Part shown: piece after piece, positions 41,922 to 51,213 of the stretch
How the letters are laid out: each line of letters starts with the position of its first letter
Numbering within the stretch: the first letter of the stretch is position 1
NCBI GenBank assembly: GCA_965198235.1
Contig: OZ240248.1
Span: 2,816,001 to 2,880,000, forward strand
Direction: 5' to 3'
DNA: 64,000 bases
Origin: Candidatus Poribacteria bacterium
GTDB taxonomy: Bacteria; Poribacteria; WGA-4E; WGA-3G
Position numbers and translations under genes: made by a program
Notes under the pieces: generated by a model
Databases searched by the model: none
The model's input: only the letters and a program-made list of their open reading frames with translations
Told to the model about the DNA's origin: nothing

Positions 41922-42223
41922 GGTTTGATTCATCGTTGTACTTTATGGTGAATTATCAAATATATAGACAAATGGTAGGGACATCCCTTGTGGGTGTCCG
42001 TGAAAACGCCCATTCATAGTGTATCGTTAATTGTAAAATCTACTGTAGTTTTCAGGCATCATAAACATACTGCTCCCACAAGACTAAAGAATTACGAGGT
42101 TAAAGACCTCGGCATCGAAAAGAGGGATGCGACTTTTGAACAAAACTGTCCAGAAAAGGTGTCTAATTGGTTAGAATTGTGAGAATTTGTCGTTCAAACG
42201 CGATTTCGCACCTGAATTATCGT

Positions 42224-42239
42224 TGGCATGAAAATTGCT
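42224..42239 (+). promoter_or_regulatory. sigma54 -24/-12 promoter
   Basis: TGGCATGAAAATTGCT (GG-N10-GC). Confidence 0.6.
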
Positions 42240-42383
42240 CCCTATGCTTTAAATGCTACGAATCAATCTGGGAGAGCCTTCCTCCTTGGAAATATATGGA
42301 GCGATGCAATAGGCTTTCCCGCATCTCAATTGCTGCATCGCTCCAATTATAAATCCGAAACACCGTGTGTAAGGAGAACAATC

Positions 42384-42776
42384 ATGAACAGATGGAGATG
42401 CTTACTCTTTATGCTTGCTTGTTTGTCACAGATTGGTTGTGCCGCGCTTCTAACGGAGCAGGAGTATGTCCTAATCGATCGCGATGTAGAAGAAAAGATG
42501 ACTTTCCACGGAGAAATTTATTCGCTTCCAGAAAGCGCGGACATTCGGAAAATCGTGCTTCTTGGCTCTGGTAAAATCCGAAACATTGAAATTCACGTGC
42601 GTGATAAGAGAAACCGATGGACACCCGCCAAGAAAGTACCGGGGGGAATTCAGTTTCCATTTGAAATTCCGCTTATCGCTAAGACAGATGCTGTCAAAAT
42701 TATAAAACATTCGATGACTGGAGCCGGTCGCATTGAGACGATTCAATTTTACACGGTTACGGAGAAAGGAAATTAA
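42384..42776 (+). CDS. Hypothetical lipoprotein
   Basis: RBS AAGGAG; signal peptide ending SQIGC. Confidence 0.7.
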   Translation: MNRWRCLLFMLACLSQIGCAALLTEQEYVLIDRDVEEKMTFHGEIYSLPESADIRKIVLLGSGKIRNIEIHVRDKRNRWTPAKKVPGGIQFPFEIPLIAKTDAVKIIKHSMTGAGRIETIQFYTVTEKGN

Positions 42777-42778
42777 AA

Positions 42779-43570
42779 ATGATATACCGACAAGTTCTTG
42801 CATATCTCTATGTGCTGGCATTCATTCCATTGAGTGTCAAAGCACTACCGCCCCCTTCACCAGCAGGTGGTGGTATGTTGAAGTTAGATGAAAAACACGA
42901 TTTCGTCGCTACCCCCAACGCGTGGTTTCCCGATGAACAGTTTGAGGGATTGACCGCCGAAGCATGGATCTATTTTGAAAATCCACCTGACCCACTCACT
43001 TTCTGGTCAATCATCGGTCAGGAGGGACGATTCAATTTGGTTATTCATGGCAATAATGTTGTATTAGGTGCATGGGGTTATTCTGAAGGTGCGGCTGGAT
43101 CACTGACTTTCGGAGGTGCCCCTTTGCCCAAAAAGGAATGGATACACGTCACAGCGATTTACGATGCATCCGCAGGAATGGGATTTAACGGTAAGGGCGG
43201 CAACTGGTGCTGCCCGAGAGGTCATCTCATTAAATCAGGCAAACCACTTCGTATTGGCGGCATCATTTCACAAGATCCAGAGCGGAGCCGTTTCGTCGGG
43301 GACAACGTGAAATTTCAAGGATACATTGATGAAGTCCGGATATCCAATGTTGTACGATATGTGGGACCAGAGTGGGAGATCCCGAGAGGGAAGTTCGAGG
43401 TTGATAAACACACCATTTCGCTGTGGCACTTTGATGAACCACAGGAGTTAAGCCGTTTCAAAGATGCGTCCGGAAACGGACATCACCTCTGGAGAAGCGG
43501 TGTTATCAGTGGCTTAGCCGTCGAAGCACAACAAAAACTCACAACCACATGGGGACAGCTCAAGCGATGA
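42779..43570 (+). CDS. Secreted LamG/concanavalin-like protein with conserved C-terminal motif
   Basis: LTAEAWI, WIHVTAIYD, FQGYIDEVRIS, LWHFDE; ends AVEAQQKLTTTWGQLKR. Confidence 0.85.
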   Translation: MIYRQVLAYLYVLAFIPLSVKALPPPSPAGGGMLKLDEKHDFVATPNAWFPDEQFEGLTAEAWIYFENPPDPLTFWSIIGQEGRFNLVIHGNNVVLGAWGYSEGAAGSLTFGGAPLPKKEWIHVTAIYDASAGMGFNGKGGNWCCPRGHLIKSGKPLRIGGIISQDPERSRFVGDNVKFQGYIDEVRISNVVRYVGPEWEIPRGKFEVDKHTISLWHFDEPQELSRFKDASGNGHHLWRSGVISGLAVEAQQKLTTTWGQLKR

Positions 43571-43846
43571 AACCTCTAAAAAGACCTCTACCAACGGTCA
43601 TGTCCAATTGATAACGGTACCCCAATGTCCTATGTATCGGCACTCGCAGGATCAGAACACCGACTCTACGCGGCTACATCAGAGGGCATATTTTTCTCCG
43701 AAAACGATGGGAATACATGGTTCCTCACTGCATTCGATAATGAGGATAAGTTTATCACCACACTCACAACTCATGGAAATACCGTTTATGCGGGAACGTG
43801 GCGCCACGGCGTATTCCGATCAGACAAAATGCTTATTCAGAAATGA
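43567..43846 (+). pseudogene. BNR/Asp-box beta-propeller fragment
   Basis: LYAATSEGIFFSENDGNTW, VYAGTWRHGVFRSD; truncated. Confidence 0.6.
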
Positions 43847-43928
43847 GACGATTTGATAGAGTCGCAAACCTCTTGACTGATAAGCAAAAAATTGAGTTCC
43901 AAATAGGTTCCCTTCAGCATCACGCCTC

Positions 43929-44043
43929 TGCCCCACTTTGTGCTATTAGGTCTAAGGTCTGCCCTATTTTGTGCAGTGCTTTCTGGACATTTCGCTAAGA
44001 ATCCCACCAGTGTCGTATTGTTCAGATTGGCACGGAATTTGCA
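43929..44043 (+). promoter_or_regulatory. sigma54 promoter with paired enhancer-like sites (copy B)
   Basis: TGCCCCACTTTGTGC at 43929 and TGCCCTATTTTGTGC at 43960; TGGCACGGAATTTGCA at 44028. Confidence 0.75.
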
Positions 44044-44191
44044 ACTTCTTACGGTAACCTCTACCGAATCCATATTAGACAATGGTTGTAACTCCGTCTG
44101 TTTGATTGGCAGGAGATTAGCGATTGTGTTCAGAGAATGCACAAATTTGAACACTTTCAGTTAATGCGTCCCTAAGGAGGAACACAAACAA

Positions 44192-47100
44192 ATGAACAAG
44201 TTAAAACGAGCGATTAATTTTATGCTTGTAGTGGCTTGCGTCCTTAGTACGTCTGTGTTCTATAGTTGTGGCGCGGACAGTCTCGGACCACATAAACCGC
44301 TCCTACCGGCAATTGGGGGGGAAGCGAAATTCTCAAGCAGATTCCAATTGGAAGAAGAACCGCAGGTCTTCTATGATCTTTATGGTGCAGAAATCGTAGA
44401 AGGCAGCGAGCTCAATACATACACCGATCAGAAAGAATTTGATCAGAACGGTAAATTAATTGTTGGCTGGGGAGGTCAGCTGGATAGTCTTCGCTTCACG
44501 GCTCAACTCGACCGGACAATCTTGGCTGAAGAAACCTTTCTCGGTAGACATACTGAGTTTATTATTGGCGATCACTTACGACTCAAACCCGCTTCCCTGT
44601 TTCCAAATCGATATATTATATACAAAACTGAGTTTGATGGGCTTCGGTGGGATATCTCTTTTGCTCAGGAGCACCATCTTTTTACCCTCATCCACTCCCG
44701 TATTTCTAATCCTATTAAAATAACAGATGATGCGCCAGGGCAAAGACTCGGACAGGATCTTGGGCGCCGAAACGGGTTGAACGCATCGTCAGGGGTCAGG
44801 AACATTGAAAACGCACGACTCGTTGGTTTTCGAGGACAGGGACTTTTAGGCGAATTTCTCCGCGTCGGATTTACTTATGTAAATTTGCATAAAGAACATC
44901 CCGAACGCGTAATAAACTCATTCATGGGGACCGTTGCCAATACACCCCCTGAAACAATATCCATTGTTTTCCGTGATGACTCGCCTGAGGATAATCACAC
45001 GAGTACATTCACAGATTTTCGTTCTTATGATCCCGACTTACACAGCGATAACATCCAAGAGGGTGTCGGTGTTGCTTTCAAAAGCATGAAGATTACGATC
45101 GTTACACAAACACTTCACAAATTACCCCCCGCAGCTATAGCGGAAGGCATTGAACCCGAACTTCTACCAGAAGTGACGCACCAATTCAATGTCTTCGCTG
45201 ATGAGCTTGTTCCGGTTGATCACGCCGGGGGTCCTTCCGAAGTCCGAGATTCCGTTGACGGGAGGTGGAAAATTGTCACCGGTTTCAACAAAATGAAATA
45301 TGATCTGATGCTGACGGATGAGAGGATTAACATTGATCCGCGAACGGTCAAATCGGTTGTATTTGACATGGTTGTTGCAGGCGATTATAATATAGCTGTT
45401 ATCGGTTTTAGTGAAGCAAATAGAGCAGAGGAGAACCCCGACCTACAAGAATGGATTAAAACGACAGATGGTCGCATTCAGATGCCGTATCGCGACATAA
45501 TTGAGGCACCGGGGAATTACGGACAATCTCCGGATTACATCAGAAACAGGAAAAAACTTGTAGACAATCCCACGCAATGGAAAGGTGAAGGGAGACCTCG
45601 GAAAATCCGATACCGCTATGGTGCCGCACGTGCCGCAGCTCTCTATGGATTTGACCTTGAAGGGACTGTCGGCAATGTTTTCATCAGGGCACACTACTCT
45701 ATTAATGGTAAATACAAACAGTACCCTACTATCCCCAAAGATAAAGTAGGATTTAGTCGAACCAAAACCACTCTTCAGACACCCGATGGTGAGGAAGAAA
45801 CAGGTGTCACTATTGATTTCAGCAGCCGACTCCCGGTAGATGCAAACGGTATCCCCACATATTCGGAAACCGAAGGCGAACGTTTTGAAGCTTTTTTAGG
45901 CGGTGACGGAACGGATGAAGATGGCAACGGAAAACTCGGTAGAGAAACCGCTTGGTTCATCCAACTTAAGTCTCGTTTTAGCAAACTCCACTTAGAAGGG
46001 GTCTTGTATCATATTGACCCAGGCTACACAACGAACTATCTGAATTTTGGCGCACATCCGAACCGAGGCCAAATTTACACGCTTGAACGAGGCAGACCAG
46101 AGAGGCCCTTGGAAGATCAAATTGCGGAAGAACAAATGCCATGGGACACCGCCAATTATACACTGATTGAGGATGACGATGATGGCGATGACTGGCCCGA
46201 TGACAGTGACTTTGATGGGGTAATTCCACGTGCTGATGATCGAGACCAGAACGGGATATTAGACTTCCAAGAAGATTTTCTTATTTTTGAAGCCGACCCG
46301 CCTGTATTTACCAACATTATCGATCTGAATAATAACGGTATTGTTGATCCGATTGAGGATGACTTTGAACCAGAATACGAATACGGTATAGACCGTCAGG
46401 GGTATCACCTTAAAGCCAAATACAACCTACTTGATAATCTCGCTGTTCAAGTGGGTTGGTTAAACGAAAGCGAAATTTCAAGCCGGCGGAAAAATAACGC
46501 TAAATACATACATGTTACTTATAAACGCAGCATCCCCAATTTTGGCAGCTTTCACTTCCAAAATCGATTCGTCCGGGCGCAAGATGATATTCCGGATTAC
46601 GCACTTGCATTGCCTGTTGGAAAATTGGAGCCGATTCACATTAAGGACGAACTTGATTTTTACAACGCACGGGTGAATACAACAACGCTCCAATGCCTCT
46701 ATACGGCAGTGCGAAACTTGACACTTGAAGCCAAATTCCTGGTTCTCATGCAAAAACAGTTTGAACAGGACGAAGGGAAGGCACTTTTCAGGGATATGGA
46801 ATACGACCCGATATCAAAGAATTTTGAACCCGATGAGCGCGTTGACTTTATGGTGCCAATTGATCAGGTCCGGCTTGGCGCATTCTATCCTGATCATGGA
46901 ATTAACGCACTTGACCCGACTGACACCGGTTTAATCTATGACGCTGCGAACTGGAAAAAACGCCGTTACCCCGAACGAAACATCCGTAATCAGCTCACTA
47001 TTCTGAAGGCGAAATACGAGATTCCACTTGGGGATCTCCCTTATGTCAACAAAATTGTTGAAGATTTAACGCTAACGCCTATGGTTAAGTACGTCTGGGA

Positions 47101-47527
47101 CCGCGCTTTTGACCGGAGTGCCGATGAAATTCCAAAAACACTCAACCCAGACTTGTTTCTCCCAACCGACGATCAACCGGTTGAATATTTGCGATTCAAT
47201 CGTCGAAGTCGAGAGGATATTCTTGGTGTCCGCCTTGATTATCAGTTTACACAGAGAACCAAAATCCTTGGAGGATTCCAATACCGGAAGTTTTCCAACC
47301 GGGATAAAAACTTCAAGAACTACCTACAAACTTTCTCAGATGACGTTAGCGTTCCAAACCTATACCGCCCTGACCTGCGAACTCGTATTTTTGAAATCCA
47401 AGCCATAAACAGAGGCGAATGGCTTGGATTCTATATCATCATTCTTGCAGGTCACCGTAGAACCACTAATCTGTTTCAACATACGACGAGTAATACAATG
47501 TTTGTTCGAGCGATGATGGGTTTCTAA
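44192..47527 (+). CDS. Large putative outer-membrane protein with acidic Ca-binding loops; paralog of 27099..29051
   Basis: RBS AAGGAGG; signal peptide; DDRDQNGILD and DLNNNGIVD; ends FVRAMMGF. Confidence 0.7.
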   Translation: MNKLKRAINFMLVVACVLSTSVFYSCGADSLGPHKPLLPAIGGEAKFSSRFQLEEEPQVFYDLYGAEIVEGSELNTYTDQKEFDQNGKLIVGWGGQLDSLRFTAQLDRTILAEETFLGRHTEFIIGDHLRLKPASLFPNRYIIYKTEFDGLRWDISFAQEHHLFTLIHSRISNPIKITDDAPGQRLGQDLGRRNGLNASSGVRNIENARLVGFRGQGLLGEFLRVGFTYVNLHKEHPERVINSFMGTVANTPPETISIVFRDDSPEDNHTSTFTDFRSYDPDLHSDNIQEGVGVAFKSMKITIVTQTLHKLPPAAIAEGIEPELLPEVTHQFNVFADELVPVDHAGGPSEVRDSVDGRWKIVTGFNKMKYDLMLTDERINIDPRTVKSVVFDMVVAGDYNIAVIGFSEANRAEENPDLQEWIKTTDGRIQMPYRDIIEAPGNYGQSPDYIRNRKKLVDNPTQWKGEGRPRKIRYRYGAARAAALYGFDLEGTVGNVFIRAHYSINGKYKQYPTIPKDKVGFSRTKTTLQTPDGEEETGVTIDFSSRLPVDANGIPTYSETEGERFEAFLGGDGTDEDGNGKLGRETAWFIQLKSRFSKLHLEGVLYHIDPGYTTNYLNFGAHPNRGQIYTLERGRPERPLEDQIAEEQMPWDTANYTLIEDDDDGDDWPDDSDFDGVIPRADDRDQNGILDFQEDFLIFEADPPVFTNIIDLNNNGIVDPIEDDFEPEYEYGIDRQGYHLKAKYNLLDNLAVQVGWLNESEISSRRKNNAKYIHVTYKRSIPNFGSFHFQNRFVRAQDDIPDYALALPVGKLEPIHIKDELDFYNARVNTTTLQCLYTAVRNLTLEAKFLVLMQKQFEQDEGKALFRDMEYDPISKNFEPDERVDFMVPIDQVRLGAFYPDHGINALDPTDTGLIYDAANWKKRRYPERNIRNQLTILKAKYEIPLGDLPYVNKIVEDLTLTPMVKYVWDRAFDRSADEIPKTLNPDLFLPTDDQPVEYLRFNRRSREDILGVRLDYQFTQRTKILGGFQYRKFSNRDKNFKNYLQTFSDDVSVPNLYRPDLRTRIFEIQAINRGEWLGFYIIILAGHRRTTNLFQHTTSNTMFVRAMMGF

Positions 47528-47581
47528 ATATGTCAATCCTCAGCGAAACCGCTTGGGTCGCCTACAAGTTTCAACACCTAT

Positions 47582-47682
47582 AGGACTTACGCAGTTGCTT
47601 CATCAAGTCCCCCTGATAAGGGGGATTTAGGGGGTTTAAAAATCAGAAATTTCCTGTTACATGCTAAATTTGCGTAAGTCCT
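47582..47682 (+). mobile_element. MITE copy 3
   Basis: AGGACTTACGCA...TGCGTAAGTCCT with the internal CCCCCTGATAAGGGGG hairpin. Confidence 0.85.
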
Positions 47683-47685
47683 GAC

Positions 47686-48090
47686 CTAATTCATATAGCC
47701 TCCGACCCTACAGCACAATCGGTTTGGATCCCACTGCGCTGTTGCTATCGCTGGCGTGAAGGGAAAAGTGTTCCCAACAGACGTGTTACTGAACTGTTGA
47801 CTGTCGGCGCAATATGTAATTGATTCTGTAGATATGCTTCGTAGGGTGTGACGACCCCCAAAATTGTGGAACAATGTCCTGATGTAATCCTTGTCGCCAT
47901 CTCCTTCCGGCTCATAGCGAATCCGCTTATATTCACGTTTCACCAATTCGTTGTGTAAGGCACATAGCAGTGCAGCACCGATCTCCTCAAGGAAACCTTC
48001 TGGGTGCGTGGAACTTTCGGAGGGTTGTGGTTTAAGACAGAATTCGGTGATTGAGACATTCTTTTTCTTCTCAAAGCATTGTGCTTGCAC
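47686..48090 (-). pseudogene. Degenerate fragment, possibly GNAT-like
   Basis: IGAALLCALHNELVKREYKRI...YIRTLFHNFGG; ends at the MITE. Confidence 0.3.
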
Positions 48091-48255
48091 GTACCCAAGC
48101 AGCTCTCCATCCTTCTCTGCGAGATAATCGGTCCCTTCTTTTATTCAACTATATCTACAGCACTTTCTTCAACTTTTTTGTTGCACTCCAACACTGATGT
48201 TGCTATGATAGGTATAAACCAGCACATTTTTTCTTGGCAAACTTTGGAGATATGC

Positions 48256-49383
48256 ATGAACAGCTACCGTATTGCAATTATCGGCTTAGGGGGCATGGGC
48301 GGATCTCATGCCCAAGCAGTGCAGTTAGAGACGAACTGTGAACTCGTCGCTGGAGCGGAAATCAATCCAGAACGGGCAAAAGCCTGGGGAGAACGATTCG
48401 GAGTCAAAGCCATCTATGACGACTACGAAAAGATGCTTGACGAACAAAAACCCGACATTGTTATCATCCCGACGCAAGCACCGATGCACCACCCACCGAC
48501 GATCGCCGCGGCACAGCGCGGCATCCACGTCTTTTGTGAAAAGCCGACTGCACTCAACCTTATTGAAGCCGACGAAATGGTTGAAACCTGCGACCAGCAT
48601 CACGTCAAGTTTGCCATTAACCACATCAAACGCGCCAGCCCATACAATCGACACGTCCTTTCACTGATTGAGAAAGGCGAAATCGGCGATGTCGTGCTGA
48701 TGAAGGCGACCGATAAAGGTGGACGCAAGGTGGGAAACTCACTGATGGAGATGGGCACACATCTCTACGATTGGCTCCGTCTCTTCTGCGGCGATGTCGA
48801 ATGGACACACGCACACCTCGTGCAAATGGATGGGCGCGAATCAACCGTTAACGACATCAAACATACCCAAGAGGTCCACTCGTTTGACCGAGATGCAGGA
48901 CTTGTGCTTGGTGAGCGGGGACACGCCGCTTTTCGTTTCAAGAGCGGCATCCATGCCGACGTGCAGTTCATCGCGCAGCCCGAGACAAACGATAACGCTT
49001 ATGGTATTGACATTATCGGCACCGAAGGCAGAATTGCGATCCGAGAGAGCGTCGGCACGACGATGTTTATCCACAAAGGACAACACCAGACTCCGGCAGA
49101 AGCGTGGGAACCAGTGCATCTATCAGTCGAAGATTTGGACGAGCAAGGGAATCCACGAGACAAGGGGTCGATACGATTGCTACTGCAACGCCTCATGCTA
49201 CGCGATCTCATCGCAGCTATTGAAGAAGACCGGGATCCATTCGCGAGTGGCAGAGATGGTCGGGACTGTCTTGAAATGATTCATGCAACATGGGAATCAC
49301 ATCGGCAGGAGGCTCGGGTATATATGCCGCTCACGCCACGCGAACATCCGCTCGAACGGTGGCAGAGAGAAGCACGCGATTGA
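48256..49383 (+). CDS. Gfo/Idh/MocA oxidoreductase
   Basis: IAIIGLGGMG, HVFCEKP, MGTHLYD. Confidence 0.92.
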   Translation: MNSYRIAIIGLGGMGGSHAQAVQLETNCELVAGAEINPERAKAWGERFGVKAIYDDYEKMLDEQKPDIVIIPTQAPMHHPPTIAAAQRGIHVFCEKPTALNLIEADEMVETCDQHHVKFAINHIKRASPYNRHVLSLIEKGEIGDVVLMKATDKGGRKVGNSLMEMGTHLYDWLRLFCGDVEWTHAHLVQMDGRESTVNDIKHTQEVHSFDRDAGLVLGERGHAAFRFKSGIHADVQFIAQPETNDNAYGIDIIGTEGRIAIRESVGTTMFIHKGQHQTPAEAWEPVHLSVEDLDEQGNPRDKGSIRLLLQRLMLRDLIAAIEEDRDPFASGRDGRDCLEMIHATWESHRQEARVYMPLTPREHPLERWQREARD

Positions 49384-49398
49384 AAACAGGAGGCATTT

Positions 49399-50079
49399 AT
49401 GCAACGTTTGGATATTCTTCATCCGTCAATTGACGATTACCTACTCGACATCACACCTGAGCGCGATGAAGTTCTAACAGAGATGGAAGCGCATGCACGT
49501 GCCAACCGGTTTCCGATTGTGGGACCGCTCGTTGGGCGCGTCTTACATCAATTGGTGTTAATAACCAATCCGACGCGAATTTTTGAAATGGGGTCCGGCT
49601 TTGGTTATTCGGCCTATTGGATGGCGAAGGCATTGCAGGAACCGGAAGCGTCTCTCATCTGTACGGACGGTTCGCAGGAGAACGCCGATCGCGCAGCGGG
49701 TTATCTTGCACGCGGTGGCATCGCAGATCGCATCGACTATCGCGTCGGCAACGCACTCGAAATCATAGACGAAACCGAAGGCGAGTTTGACATCATCTAC
49801 AACGACATTGACAAAGACGGATATCCCGAAGCCTTCCGCAAGGCGATTCCACGACTCAGAAGCGGTGGATTATTTATTACAGATAACATGCTATGGATGG
49901 GACGCGTCGTTACGCAGGAACCCGGTAGTCCTTCAGCAGGACTTGATGAACGGGAGCAGTGGTTTCATGCTGCGACAATCGGAGTTAGAGAGTTGACCCG
50001 CCTTCTCTATAGTTCGCCTGATATATTCACGACGATCATTCCCCTCCGCGATGGGGTCTCAGTCGCTGTGAAACGTTAA
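49399..50079 (+). CDS. SAM-dependent O-methyltransferase
   Basis: IFEMGSGFGYSA, DIDKDGY, ITDNMLW, IPLRDGV. Confidence 0.9.
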   Translation: MQRLDILHPSIDDYLLDITPERDEVLTEMEAHARANRFPIVGPLVGRVLHQLVLITNPTRIFEMGSGFGYSAYWMAKALQEPEASLICTDGSQENADRAAGYLARGGIADRIDYRVGNALEIIDETEGEFDIIYNDIDKDGYPEAFRKAIPRLRSGGLFITDNMLWMGRVVTQEPGSPSAGLDEREQWFHAATIGVRELTRLLYSSPDIFTTIIPLRDGVSVAVKR

Positions 50080-50155
50080 TTCATGTTTTCATTGGTGTGG
50101 TTTTCTCCGCGCCACTTTGGATCTCATTTTCAAAAATCTCGTTATGAAGGAAAAG

Positions 50156-50770
50156 ATGAGTAAACGCAAATCTATTTTCGGTCCCTCCAAAGATGAAATC
50201 TGGGCACAAATTGCCACCGATATCGGCGGTGAGTTTATTCAGGGTGGCTTCTGGGGCAAGGATGTTCTCATTTATAAACACGGTGAGTGGCAAATCCTAC
50301 TTGATACTTACGTCGTCTCAACTGGAACATCATCTCATATACTCACTCGGATGCGGGCACCATTTGTGAACAAGGACAGACTTTACTTCAAGATTTCTCG
50401 CCAAGGGTTCTTCCGTTCAATAGGTAAAGTGTTCGGTATGCAGGACATAGAAATAGGGGATCCGTTCTTCGATAAGCAATTTGTAATCAAAGGCAACGAT
50501 CCAGAGAAAATCAAATTGCTATTTGCTGATGGGAACATAAAGGAGTTGTGTCAAAGACAGCCAAGGATCCATCTCAATATTAAAGATGATGAAGGTAGGT
50601 TTGGTACCGATTTCCCTGAAGGCGTTGATGAGTTGTACTTTGAGTGCATCGGCGTTATCAAAGAGACCGCATTACTAAAGTCTCTGTTCGCGTTGTTCTG
50701 TCTGATTTTAGAGCACCTCGTTCGATTAGATTCGGCGTATGCGGATGATCCGAAAGTTATATTGAAATAA
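50156..50770 (+). CDS. Conserved hypothetical protein (DUF3137-like)
   Basis: Long ORF; QDIEIGDPFFDKQFVIKG. Confidence 0.6.
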   Translation: MSKRKSIFGPSKDEIWAQIATDIGGEFIQGGFWGKDVLIYKHGEWQILLDTYVVSTGTSSHILTRMRAPFVNKDRLYFKISRQGFFRSIGKVFGMQDIEIGDPFFDKQFVIKGNDPEKIKLLFADGNIKELCQRQPRIHLNIKDDEGRFGTDFPEGVDELYFECIGVIKETALLKSLFALFCLILEHLVRLDSAYADDPKVILK

Positions 50771-51213
50771 CCTTTGCTGAAGGAATCTGTAGGCACAGTA
50801 TCCCTGGTCCTTTCCTCCGTCTTCGCTGGTTCCACGGAACAGAAATTACCCATAAGCCTTAGAAAAGGCTCAGAGGCATTCAGTTCTCCTGTCGCATTAA
50901 TGCTTGAATCTAACGACACCCGTGCAGGAGCGAACTCCAGCTCGCGACTTACTCCATAGAATCAACAGAAAGCCGAAAACTGAGTGGCACTTAAAAAACT
51001 TGACTTTTATTTTCATTTCCTGTAAATTCTATTTAGAAGCCATCCGTTAATTGGCAATCTAAGTACCCATAACCACAATCGAATGGAACTACCCTGTCCA
51101 TGAGTCTTGCCGATGTACCTATTGCTTGGGAATCTACACCCTAAGCATATTTCTACAAGAAAACAAACGCATCTTTGCTTTCTATAGCGAAGAGTATTGA
51201 TGGGAGGTTCACA

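Noticed and set aside
42228-42383. N-terminal extension of the lipoprotein ORF
   Set aside because: A better start with RBS and signal peptide exists at 42384; the extension overlaps a sigma54 promoter motif
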